In this document: positions 11,097-19,813 of the stretch, in pieces
How positions within the stretch are numbered: position 1 is the first letter of the stretch
How the letters are laid out: each line of letters begins with the position of its first letter
Assembly: GCA_963734495.1 (NCBI GenBank)
Contig: CAVTHK010000011.1
Span: 384,001-448,000, forward strand
Direction: 5' to 3'
DNA: 64,000 bases
Source of the DNA: an uncultured Spirochaetota bacterium
Lineage (GTDB): Bacteria > Spirochaetota > Spirochaetia > SZUA-6 > CAVTHK01
The notes under the pieces: model-generated
Databases searched by the model: none
What the model was told of the DNA's origin: nothing
The model's input: the letters and a program-made list of their open reading frames with translations, nothing else
Position numbers and translations under genes: made by a program

Positions 11097-12368
11097 TCAG
11101 AACAGGTTGCCCTCGCGGTCAAAGGCCGGCTCGCGCGGCTCGCCCATGACCTTCATGCCCGGATGCGCCCGGACCGCGTCGAGCAGGTTCTCCGACACTT
11201 CCAGCTCCTCCATGCAGAGCGTGTTGCGGATGCGGATCACCCGCGCCCGGCGGTAATCCATCAGGTTGCAGGTCCGGATGCAGGCCTGCAGCGCCTGCCT
11301 GTCGTTCTTCAGGATCATGGGAATCTTGACGCCGGCTGTGAGGGTCGAGGTCAGCGTGTTCGGGTAGGTCTGCTCGGGGTCGAACTTTTCGAAGGCCCTG
11401 CGGGTGGTAAAGTCCACCATGCCGAGCCCGCCGCCGTACCCCTTGGACTTCTTCGTGATGTCCAGGATCGCGACGCGGCGGATGCGCGGCCCGCCGCTCA
11501 TGTAGGGTGAGCTGTAGCGGCCCACGATGGTGGTGTCGAAGCCGGCCCCGCTGATCTCCTTTCCGATCTCGTCGATGACCAGGGCCTCGAACTCGTCGAT
11601 GTGAAAGCGGGCCGCCAGGCGCTTGGCCTCGGCCAGGAGGGCCGGCTCCTGGGCCTGGATTTCCTCGGCTCGCAGCACCGCCACACGGGCTGTCTCGTGG
11701 AATGCGTTCTCCACGAGGCCAACGGCCGCCAGCAGCCGGATGTGCTTGAGCGCCTCCAGGCCGATGTCAGCGATGAAGTCGCCGATGCGGTCGGCGCCCA
11801 CGTTGTGGCAGATCTCCGCCTGCCTCTGCTTGCCCAGCCCGATGGTCACCATCTTGAGCAGGCCGCTCTCGTAGGTGCCGGTGTAGGCCGCGTGGGCCTT
11901 GACCCGGTTGATGACGAGGATGCCGTCGGCCTCCAGGGCGCGGGCGTCCACGAAAACCGGCATGCCGAAACGCGGCGACGCGGCCACCTGCACGACCTCC
12001 ATGCTCGAGCGGATCGGGGCGCCGGTGAATCGTTCCGTGATCCCCAGGTGCTCGAGCAGGGCCTTCTGCCCCTCGGCGGTGGCCCCTCCGTGGCTGCCCA
12101 TGGCCGGGACGATGAACGGCCTGGCCCCCGCGGCCGACAGCTCGCGCACGACGATCCGGGTCACCTCGGGGAGATGGGCGATCCCGCGGCTTCCCACGGC
12201 CAGAGCGACGGAGGCCCCTCGACGGACATCCTCGAGGACGTGCTTTGCCGCCAGGCCGCGCAGGAGCTCGGCCTCGACGTCCGCAACCCGCGGCCGCTCG
12301 AAGCTCTGGACAACCTTTGCCATGCGCGGGACCGGGACGTCTCTCAGGAGATCGTCGATTCCACTCAA
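11097..12368 (-). CDS. LarA-superfamily (lactate racemase domain/DUF2088) nickel-pincer epimerase/racemase homolog
   Basis: GSRGI, PAMGSHGGATAEGQ, NRVKAH, ESGLLKM.TIGLGK, GKEISGAGFD and RIRNTL motifs; TTG start after GGGAGG. Confidence 0.8.
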   Translation of the reverse strand: MSGIDDLLRDVPVPRMAKVVQSFERPRVADVEAELLRGLAAKHVLEDVRRGASVALAVGSRGIAHLPEVTRIVVRELSAAGARPFIVPAMGSHGGATAEGQKALLEHLGITERFTGAPIRSSMEVVQVAASPRFGMPVFVDARALEADGILVINRVKAHAAYTGTYESGLLKMVTIGLGKQRQAEICHNVGADRIGDFIADIGLEALKHIRLLAAVGLVENAFHETARVAVLRAEEIQAQEPALLAEAKRLAARFHIDEFEALVIDEIGKEISGAGFDTTIVGRYSSPYMSGGPRIRRVAILDITKKSKGYGGGLGMVDFTTRRAFEKFDPEQTYPNTLTSTLTAGVKIPMILKNDRQALQACIRTCNLMDYRRARVIRIRNTLCMEELEVSENLLDAVRAHPGMKVMGEPREPAFDREGNLF

Positions 12369-12413
12369 AACGCCCGCCTCCCTCTCTGCCGGGATGAGCC
12401 GGCATGTCGGGTG

Positions 12414-12441
12414 AGTGTAGACCCGGGGATCGCGTTGTCAA
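12414..12441 (-). promoter_or_regulatory. Putative sigma70 promoter of the larA-like/uxaC operon
   Basis: TTGACA-N16-TACACT on the minus strand. Confidence 0.6.
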
Positions 12442-12566
12442 GGATTTGCCTGCGGTGTGCCTGCGGTACCCACGGCGCCTGTGTTGCCGTCTGCGGACCG
12501 GTCTGGGCCCCGAAAAGGACGCCTCACGGCGGTCCCCGGAGGCAGTCCCAGGGAGTCCGGGCGTGT

Positions 12567-12595
12567 TTGACGCCGCGAAGGAACGGGTCCACACT
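12567..12595 (+). promoter_or_regulatory. Putative sigma70 promoter of tctCBA
   Basis: TTGACG-N17-CACACT. Confidence 0.5.
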
Positions 12596-12625
12596 GGCAG
12601 TCACCAAATCATATCGGAGGTCGTC

Positions 12626-13603
12626 ATGAAGAAGGTGCTCGTCCTGCTGATCCTCGTGGCATGCACGCTGGCCGTTGCCGAGGGAACGAAGGAGACCGAT
12701 GTCTCGAAGTTCCCGCAGCGCCCGGTCACCGCTCACGTGCCGTGGGGGGCCGGCGGAGGCTCTGACCTGGTCTTCCGCACCGTCGGCGAAGTGTTCCCGA
12801 AGTTCGCGAACGGCCAGCCCCAGCTGATCAAGAACGTTCCCGGCTCCGCGGGGGCGGTCGGCATCGCCGAGTACCTTAACCTGGCCAAGCCCGACGGCTA
12901 CGACGTGCTGACCTGGGCCGGCGCCCAGACCATCAAGACCCACGTGTCGAAAGTGAACTACTCGGTGGCGGACTTCAAGCCCGTCATCCGGCTGATCTCC
13001 AACTACACCTACATCCTGGTCCAGGCGAGCTCGCCCTTCAAGACCCTCAAGGATCTCGTCGACTACGGCAAGGCCAACCCGGGCAAGCTGATCTGGGGTC
13101 ACGCCGGGACAGGCGGCGGCGCGCATCTTTCATCGATTCTGTTCTGCAAGAAGGCGGGCATCGAGGTCACCTACATTCCCTTCACCGGCGGCGGCCCCGC
13201 GGCAACCGGGCTTCTCTCGGGCCAGACCATGGTCAGCATGAACATCCCGCCCGAAGGGCTGACCAACATCGAAGGGGGACAACTGAGGGCGCTCTGCATC
13301 ATGTCTCCGGAGCGGCAGCCGCAGCTTCCCAACGTGCCGACTGCCAAGGAAGCGGGCGTCGACATCGTCTATTTCCAGTCCCGCGGGCTCGTCACGCACA
13401 AGGACACCCCGGACGCCGTCGTCAAGCGGCTGCATGACATCTACAAGGCCTGCCTCGACGACCCCGGCGTCCAGAAGAAGTACTACGACATGGTCACCGC
13501 CGTCACCTACGGGGGCATCGAGGAGTACGGCAAAGAGCTCGTCGAAGAGGACAAAGTGATGGAGCAGATCATCCGGGAGAACAAGATCGGCGACAAGTAC
13601 TGA
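12626..13603 (+). CDS. tctC: Tripartite tricarboxylate transporter substrate-binding protein (Bug family)
   Basis: GGAGG RBS, signal peptide, FPQRPV..HVPWGAGGGSD, N.PG..G, KPDGY and VPTAKEAG motifs. Confidence 0.92.
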   Translation: MKKVLVLLILVACTLAVAEGTKETDVSKFPQRPVTAHVPWGAGGGSDLVFRTVGEVFPKFANGQPQLIKNVPGSAGAVGIAEYLNLAKPDGYDVLTWAGAQTIKTHVSKVNYSVADFKPVIRLISNYTYILVQASSPFKTLKDLVDYGKANPGKLIWGHAGTGGGAHLSSILFCKKAGIEVTYIPFTGGGPAATGLLSGQTMVSMNIPPEGLTNIEGGQLRALCIMSPERQPQLPNVPTAKEAGVDIVYFQSRGLVTHKDTPDAVVKRLHDIYKACLDDPGVQKKYYDMVTAVTYGGIEEYGKELVEEDKVMEQIIRENKIGDKY

Positions 13604-13630
13604 TCCCGAGTCGCTTTGCACTGGCGCGCT

Positions 13631-13656
13631 ATGGGGGGCGGTCCGCCCCCCATTTT
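13631..13656 (+). terminator. GC-rich hairpin with short U-run between tctC and tctB
   Basis: ATGGGGGGCGG-T-CCGCCCCCCAT followed by TTT. Confidence 0.5.
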
Positions 13657-13672
13657 CACAAAGGGGAGAGTG

Positions 13673-14134
13673 ATGTCCGCAAGAGTTGACTTCTTCGTCG
13701 GGCTGTTCCTGATCGTCCTGATGGTTGCCGCTCATCTCGTCGCCGCGCCGTTGCCGCGGGTCCCCCGGGGGCTCGGACCGGGGGACTATCCCAGGGTCGT
13801 GATCAGTGTGCTCCTGATCCTGGGCGCTCTCCTCGCCGCGTCCGGCTTCTACCACCTCCTCAAAAAGCAGGCGCAGCCCGATGCCAGGAAATTCATCGGG
13901 GGCGAGGTGAAGCAGGTCTTCGTGCTCGTGGCGTGCATAGTCCTGTATCTCGTACTGGTCCGCACCTTCGGGTACCTCTTGCTCACGCCCTTTTTCATGG
14001 TCGCGATGATGTACCTGTTCGGCCTGAGGAAGTGGATCAAGATGCTCACCATCGGCGTGATCACCTCGGTCGTCACCTACGTCATCTTCAACAACTTCCT
14101 CTACGTGCTGCTGCCCCGATTCAACCTGTTATAA
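13673..14134 (+). CDS. tctB: Tripartite tricarboxylate transporter small subunit
   Basis: Several TM helices, GPGDYP motif, C-terminal L.V.LP; lies between tctC and tctA. Confidence 0.88.
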   Translation: MSARVDFFVGLFLIVLMVAAHLVAAPLPRVPRGLGPGDYPRVVISVLLILGALLAASGFYHLLKKQAQPDARKFIGGEVKQVFVLVACIVLYLVLVRTFGYLLLTPFFMVAMMYLFGLRKWIKMLTIGVITSVVTYVIFNNFLYVLLPRFNLL

Positions 14135-14152
14135 GCAAGGAGCCGGGCAAAC

Positions 14153-15667
14153 ATGGGAATGTTGCTTTACGGACTGATACACACGTTCGAGCCGCTGACG
14201 ATCCTGGTGATGATGGTCGGCCTGGTCGGCGGCATCATCCTCGGCGCCATCCCGGGCATGACCGGCTCGATGGGCATCATCCTGCTCCTGCCTCTGATCT
14301 ACAAGCTGGATTACGCGCCGGCCCTCATCACCCTGGCGGCCATGTTCTGCGGAGCCATGTACGGCGGATCGATCTCTGCCATCCTGATACGCACTCCGGG
14401 ACACCCTTCGGCCGCCGCCACCGTGCTGGACGGCTACCCGATGGCGCAGAAGGGGCAGGCCGGAAAAGCGTTGGGCATCGCGGTCGTGGCTTCGGTGGCC
14501 GGCGGCGTCTTCAGCGGCCTGTGCCTGCTCCTGATAGCGCCGCAGCTCGCCAAGGTGGCCCTGAGCTTCAAGGCCGCTGACTATTTTTCGCTCTCGGTAT
14601 TTGGCCTGAGCATCATTGCCAGCGCCTCGGGAAAGCAGGTGCTCAAGGGACTGATCTCGGGCTGTTTCGGGCTCCTGCTCTCCACCATCGGCGTGGACGC
14701 GATCTGGGGCGTGAACCGCTTCTCCTTCAACCTGACCTACCTGACTTCAGGCTTCCAGCTCCTGCCGGCTCTGATCGGCCTGTTCGCCTTCTCCCAGATC
14801 TTTGCCGATCTCGTCAAGGCAGGGCAGGGCGATGAAGTCAGGACGCAGGAGATCAGGAACGTCATCCCGACCTGGGAGGACTGGAAGCGGATCGCCATGC
14901 CGATCACGGTCGGCTCGGTCCTGGGCACGATCATAGGCATCATCCCCGGTGTGGGTGGCGCTGTCGCCTGCTGGATGGGTTACGACCTGGTCAAGAAGCT
15001 CTCGAAAAACAAGGCGGAGTGGGGCACCGGCATCGTCGAAGGGATCGCGGCGCCCGAGTCGGCCAACAACGGCACGACCGGCGGGGCGATGATCCCGATG
15101 CTGACTCTCGGCATCCCCGGCGACTCGGTCACCGCCGTGATGCTCGGCGCCCTGATGCTGGTGGGGCTGCGGCCCGGACCCGCCCTCTTCATGAACCATC
15201 CCGAGGCCGTCTACACGCTCCTCGTCGCGTTCATCATCATGCAGTTCTTCATCCTGGTCCTCGGGCTTGCAGGGACCAAGTTCTGGCCGCTGGTCCTGCG
15301 CGTCCCGCGCAACATCCTGGCGCCCATTATCGTGCTCTGCTGCTTTCTGGGCGCCTACACCCTGGCGAACAACGTGAACGACGCCATGACGGCCCTCGGC
15401 TTCGGGGTGCTCGGCTACTTCATGAGCAAGTACGGATTCCCCGCCCCGCCGATGATCCTCGGGCTCATCCTCGGGCCGATGGCCGAGGACAACCTCAACC
15501 GCGCCCTGATGATCTCCAACAACGACTGGTCGGTGCTGCTCAGGAGCCCGATCTCGCTGATCTTCATCATACTGTCCATAGTTTCTCTGGCCGTGCCCAT
15601 CCTCGCTAACCTGCGGTCGCAGATCAGGGATGCGAACAAGGTGGGAACTGCCGCGATCGTGCCGTAG
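14153..15667 (+). CDS. tctA: Tripartite tricarboxylate transporter large subunit
   Basis: GAIPGM, YGGSISAILIRTPG, DGYPMA and GIAAPESANN...IPMLTLGIPG motifs. Confidence 0.95.
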   Translation: MGMLLYGLIHTFEPLTILVMMVGLVGGIILGAIPGMTGSMGIILLLPLIYKLDYAPALITLAAMFCGAMYGGSISAILIRTPGHPSAAATVLDGYPMAQKGQAGKALGIAVVASVAGGVFSGLCLLLIAPQLAKVALSFKAADYFSLSVFGLSIIASASGKQVLKGLISGCFGLLLSTIGVDAIWGVNRFSFNLTYLTSGFQLLPALIGLFAFSQIFADLVKAGQGDEVRTQEIRNVIPTWEDWKRIAMPITVGSVLGTIIGIIPGVGGAVACWMGYDLVKKLSKNKAEWGTGIVEGIAAPESANNGTTGGAMIPMLTLGIPGDSVTAVMLGALMLVGLRPGPALFMNHPEAVYTLLVAFIIMQFFILVLGLAGTKFWPLVLRVPRNILAPIIVLCCFLGAYTLANNVNDAMTALGFGVLGYFMSKYGFPAPPMILGLILGPMAEDNLNRALMISNNDWSVLLRSPISLIFIILSIVSLAVPILANLRSQIRDANKVGTAAIVP

Positions 15668-15687
15668 GAACCGCAGGCGGGCCGAGT

Positions 15688-15723
15688 CGCGGGTGCGCGA
15701 GCGGCAGGCCGCGCGCACCCGCG
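15688..15723. terminator. Hairpin between convergent genes (possible bidirectional terminator)
   Basis: 12-bp inverted repeat CGCGGGTGCGCG / CGCGCACCCGCG; no U-tract. Confidence 0.45.
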
Positions 15724-15742
15724 CCCTGTCTCGAGCCGGCTG

Positions 15743-16918
15743 TCAGCCCCTGGAAACGCCGCGATTGAGATCCGGGTTCCCAAAGGAGATCCTGTTGACG
15801 GCGAACCCCGCGACGCTCCTGGTCTTCCTGAAGTAACGCGGTGCCCTGCGCGCGATCCCCTGGGGCGCGTAGAACTCGTCGCCGGGATCGAGCGGAAGGG
15901 CCACTCGCGAGTCGACGATGGCGGACTTGTAGATCGCCGTGATGACCTCCAGGGTGGCGCGCCCGTCCTTTGCCGTGATGAGCAGCGGTGTTCCTTCTTC
16001 GATCGCGCGGAGCACGTTGTCGATCTGCCCCGTGTGGCCGGTGTGCACGGGAGCCGCCAGGCTCGAGTACACGGCGGTGATCTCCGCTTCGAGCTCGGGA
16101 TCGTGCTCGGGGAAGCCGTTCTCGAGCGACCTGCTGCATCTGACGGCGAAGGGCACCGAGATCCCGGCGCGCTCGGTCTGAAAGAAGAGCCCCTGCTTCT
16201 CCCCGTGATGCACCAGCGAGCTGGTGATCTGCCCCAGCTTGCCGTCGGCGTACCGCAGAATCGCGGTGGAGAGGTCCTCCACCTCCGAGTTCTCGTGGTA
16301 TCGATTGGCCATGAACGCGCTCGCCTCGCACGGCATCCCGGCCATCCACAGCATCAGGTCGACAAAGTGCACCGCGTGGTTCAGGGTGCAGCCGCCGCCT
16401 TCGCTTTCCCACAACCCGCGCCAGTCCAGGTCGTAGTAGCTCTTGCCCCGCCAGAAGAAGGCGTTGGTCTGAACGTGGAGCAGCCGGCCCGTCCTGTTCA
16501 TGTCCAGCAACTTCTTGACCCTGTGGGGCGCCTCCATGAACCTCATCTGCGCCACGGGAGAGAGGACCCTGCCGTTCTCATCCGCGGCCGCGATCATCTG
16601 GTCGCATTCTCTCAGCGACGGGGCCATCGGTTTCTCCACGACGACGTCGGCCCCGGCCGCCAGGCACGCCATGCTGATCGGCGCGTGAGTCGCGGGAGGT
16701 GTGCAGACGGAGGCGATGTCGACCTTTGCCCGTTCGAGAGCTTCCCTGTAGTCCGCATACGCTGCGGCCTCCAGACCGTGCTGCTCGATCTTCCCGCGGG
16801 CGCGCGCCACGTCGGTGTCGGCAATCGCGACGATGCGCACCCTGTCCCCGAACGTCTTGTACGCCTCGATGTGGCTGTCGGATATGGCTCCGGCTCCGAC
16901 GATCAGCGCATTACGCAT
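15743..16918 (-). CDS. Gfo/Idh/MocA family NAD(P)-dependent oxidoreductase
   Basis: IVGAGAI Rossmann motif, EKPMA, WRG.W.SEGGGCTLNHAVH; GAGGAG RBS; upstream TTTACC-N17-TATGCT. Confidence 0.92.
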   Translation of the reverse strand: MRNALIVGAGAISDSHIEAYKTFGDRVRIVAIADTDVARARGKIEQHGLEAAAYADYREALERAKVDIASVCTPPATHAPISMACLAAGADVVVEKPMAPSLRECDQMIAAADENGRVLSPVAQMRFMEAPHRVKKLLDMNRTGRLLHVQTNAFFWRGKSYYDLDWRGLWESEGGGCTLNHAVHFVDLMLWMAGMPCEASAFMANRYHENSEVEDLSTAILRYADGKLGQITSSLVHHGEKQGLFFQTERAGISVPFAVRCSRSLENGFPEHDPELEAEITAVYSSLAAPVHTGHTGQIDNVLRAIEEGTPLLITAKDGRATLEVITAIYKSAIVDSRVALPLDPGDEFYAPQGIARRAPRYFRKTRSVAGFAVNRISFGNPDLNRGVSRG

Positions 16919-16993
16919 GGCAAGCTCCTCGTGAGCGCGAGCATAGAGCGGCCCGCCGCGGCGGTAAAGCGCGTGGTCGGTGAGGCCTCGGCC

Positions 16994-18490
16994 TCAGGTC
17001 GCGCCGGTAGCGAGGCGGCTTCCGCCCGCGGCGAGCTCCGCGCGCCATAGCTCGCAGCCCGCGCCCTCGAGGAAGCGCAGGTCGTGGCTTACGAGCAGCA
17101 GGGCGCAGGGAGCCTCGGCGAGCGCGGCCTCCAGCAGCTCCGTCGACGGCAGGTCGAGGTGATTGGTCGGCTCGTCCATCACGATGAGCCACGGCTCGCG
17201 CACGACTCCGAGCGCGAGCATCAGCTTGCGCGTCTCGCCGGGCGTCGGCGTGCGGGTCGCGAGAAGCCGCTCGGGGTCCGAGCCGAGGTCGTTCACCACC
17301 GTCATCAGGTGCCCGAGGCGATCGCGCGGGAGAGCCCGCGCCTCGGCGAGGACGCGCACGCCCTGCTCCTCGGGAATTTCTTGCGGAAGGTAGACAAGCC
17401 GCCCCTCGTCCCGCCTCCACGCCGCCACCAGTGCCCTGGTCAGGGTGCTCTTGCCGCAGCCGTTGGGGCCGACGAACGCCCGGCGGTCCGAGGGGCCGAG
17501 GCGGATCTCGGGGTGCTCGAGCGCGCGCAAAGGGCCGAGCGCCAGCCGGCCCGCGGGAAGCATCAGGAGCTCGCGGCCGGGAAAGCGTGAGCCGGGCAGC
17601 CAGAATGCGAGCTTGCGCTCCCGCGCGGCGTAGAGCCTGTCGCGCCGCTGCTCGGTGTCGTTGACGCGGCCCCGCATCTGGCGGAGGAGCCGGCCCGCCT
17701 GGCCGTCCTTGCCGGTGGCCCGCGCCGCGTCGATGGTCGCGCGGCTGTCGCTGTCCCGCCAGCGAAGCCCGCGCTTGGAGCGGCGCTTGTCCGCGCGGGA
17801 GGCTTCGGCGCGCCGGCGGGCCGCCTCGGCGAGCAGCCGGTCCGCCTCCGCGCGCGCCTGCTCGTAGCGCGCGCGGCGGGCGCTGCGCTCGGCTGCGGCC
17901 GCTGCCGAGGCCTGCGTGTACCCGCCGCTGCGCAGCGTGGCCGCGGGCGGCTCCACGAACAGGCAGCGGCCGCAGAGCCGGTCCAGCAGCTCGCGGTCGT
18001 GGCTGACCAGCAGGCCGACGCCGTCGTAGGCCGCGAGCGCCGCAGCGAGCAGCTCGCGTGCCGGAGCGTCGAGGTGGTTGGTCGGCTCGTCGACGGCGAG
18101 CAGAGCCGGCCGCTGCCAGAGCGCCACCGCGATCTGCGCCCGCTTCCGCTCACCGTGGCTCAGGCTCGGCCAGCGCGCGAGCCAGTCGGGATCGACGGCG
18201 AGCCGGCCCTGCCAGCGCCGCGCTTCGCCGTCGTCGGAGGCGAGAAAAGCGGCGAGCTCGGCCGGCGGATGGTCGGTGCGCTGCGCGCAGTAGAGGGCGG
18301 GGCCCGGGACCGCGACCGTGCCGGCGGTCGGGGCGAGCCGCCCCGCGGCGAGCAGCAGCAACGTCGTCTTGCCGCAGCCGTTGGGGCCGACGATGCCCGT
18401 CCAGCCGTCGGCGAAGTCGACCGACAGGCCGTCGAACAGCGGCTCGGGCGCGCCCTCGTATCGGAAAGTGACGCGGGCCATCCTCAGCAT
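16994..18490 (-). CDS. ABC-F family ATPase (tandem ABC domains, no TM segments)
   Basis: Two GPNGCGK Walker A motifs, two DEPTNHLD and VSHD motifs, charged helical linker; GAGGAGGAG RBS. Confidence 0.9.
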   Translation of the reverse strand: MLRMARVTFRYEGAPEPLFDGLSVDFADGWTGIVGPNGCGKTTLLLLAAGRLAPTAGTVAVPGPALYCAQRTDHPPAELAAFLASDDGEARRWQGRLAVDPDWLARWPSLSHGERKRAQIAVALWQRPALLAVDEPTNHLDAPARELLAAALAAYDGVGLLVSHDRELLDRLCGRCLFVEPPAATLRSGGYTQASAAAAAERSARRARYEQARAEADRLLAEAARRRAEASRADKRRSKRGLRWRDSDSRATIDAARATGKDGQAGRLLRQMRGRVNDTEQRRDRLYAARERKLAFWLPGSRFPGRELLMLPAGRLALGPLRALEHPEIRLGPSDRRAFVGPNGCGKSTLTRALVAAWRRDEGRLVYLPQEIPEEQGVRVLAEARALPRDRLGHLMTVVNDLGSDPERLLATRTPTPGETRKLMLALGVVREPWLIVMDEPTNHLDLPSTELLEAALAEAPCALLLVSHDLRFLEGAGCELWRAELAAGGSRLATGAT

Positions 18491-18572
18491 TCGCGCTCTC
18501 CTCCTCGACGCGCGGCGTGCGGCGGAACAAGGGCCGCACGGGTGGCCTCCCGGGTACAGAATGCAGGCACAC

Positions 18573-18598
18573 AAAAAAGCCACGGTTTCCCGTGGCTT
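18573..18598 (-). terminator. Intrinsic terminator inside the ABC-F 5' leader (attenuator)
   Basis: Minus strand AAGCCACGG-GAAA-CCGTGGCTT followed by a U-run (six U after the GC stem), about 80 nt upstream of the ABC-F start. Confidence 0.75.
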
Positions 18599-18749
18599 GC
18601 CCGGTCGCGCAACACCAGCGACTTGTGGCGGCGGAGCAGAGGCTTCCCCGCGAAGCGGCCCGGCGCATCGATACGACGCGTCCGCCGCACGCGTGGTCCA
18701 AGCTCTTCTGCCCTACCTGCTCTCCACCGTCCCCCTGTCTCCCGCCGCT

Positions 18750-18777
18750 AATCTACACCAGGATCGGGCTGAGTCAA
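18750..18777 (-). promoter_or_regulatory. Putative sigma70 promoter of the ABC-F leader
   Basis: TTGACT-N16-TAGATT on the minus strand. Confidence 0.6.
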
Positions 18778-18967
18778 GAGGGAGCGGCCCGCAGGTTGGG
18801 GACGCCTGGACCGATTGTGAGTAGCCATTGACTGGCAAAGCAATCGCACCGTGTTGGGTGGGGTGCCGCGGGCAGCCGGGGTATGGGCATCAACTACAGG
18901 CCGGGGACCCCTGCGTCGGCGACGGGCAAGAATGTTCAGCCCGCATACGGTGTGGAAGATCGACTGG

Positions 18968-19726
18968 CTATTGCCTCCGCGCCGTCTCGTGGAACGACCA
19001 GACGATCACGTACGTGAGGAAGATGAAAAAGGCAAAGGCGAGGCTGAACAGGACGGCCTTTGGGTTGAGGAGGTTCACCAGCGCGACCGAGACGGTCGCG
19101 GCGGGGTCGCGAAAGATATCCCAGCTGTTGACCCTGACGAACCGCCCGAGGTAGATCCCGTAGCCGCTCAGGATCGTTGCTGTCGCCACGAACCCCCAGG
19201 CCAGGCGCGCGCTCACGCGCTCGCGGATCGTGTGGTGCAGGATGATCAGTGAGATCAGCCCCACGATGTGGCCGACAAAGGCGAATGCGGAGTTCAGGAT
19301 GATGTCGTACCACAGCACCGCGCTCTCTGTGATCAGAGACTGGCTGCGCTCCGGTGGCAGATGGGCGGGCTCCTCGATGACGTGGATGAAGTCGGTAAGG
19401 ATGTACGGCGCGTTTGGATAGAAAAAGAGCCACGCGAGCCCGGTCCCGGCCGCCGCCACCTCTCGCCGGGCCGAGGGCCGGGGCACGGCGCGGATCCGCA
19501 AGATCACGAGGGACAAGGCGTACGGGATCCAGGCAAGGAACAGGTTCCACAGCAGGAAGCTGTAGAGTACGCTGCCTGTCACCAGCCACCTCAGGACGAT
19601 CATGAGCAGGCAGCCCAGCGAGGCGGCGAGCAGAGTGAAAGTGAGAGAAAGGTATTGCCTGCTCGAAGCGGCGGCCGGGCTCAGGGCTTCGCCGCGATCC
19701 CATCCACCCCGGTATGTATCGCGCAT
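18968..19726 (-). CDS. DUF1361 family membrane protein
   Basis: FLLWNLFLAWIP, WLFFYPNAPYILTDFIH and GIYLGRFVRVNSWD motifs; start placed at ATG 19726, 7 nt after a TATAGT -10 box. Confidence 0.85.
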   Translation of the reverse strand: MRDTYRGGWDRGEALSPAAASSRQYLSLTFTLLAASLGCLLMIVLRWLVTGSVLYSFLLWNLFLAWIPYALSLVILRIRAVPRPSARREVAAAGTGLAWLFFYPNAPYILTDFIHVIEEPAHLPPERSQSLITESAVLWYDIILNSAFAFVGHIVGLISLIILHHTIRERVSARLAWGFVATATILSGYGIYLGRFVRVNSWDIFRDPAATVSVALVNLLNPKAVLFSLAFAFFIFLTYVIVWSFHETARRQ

Positions 19727-19813
19727 GCGTAACACTATACTCCGGAGCTTCTGCGACACAACGATGTCAGCGGCCCGCAGGGTCGGCGGCCCGCAGCGCC
19801 GATCGCGGACGGC

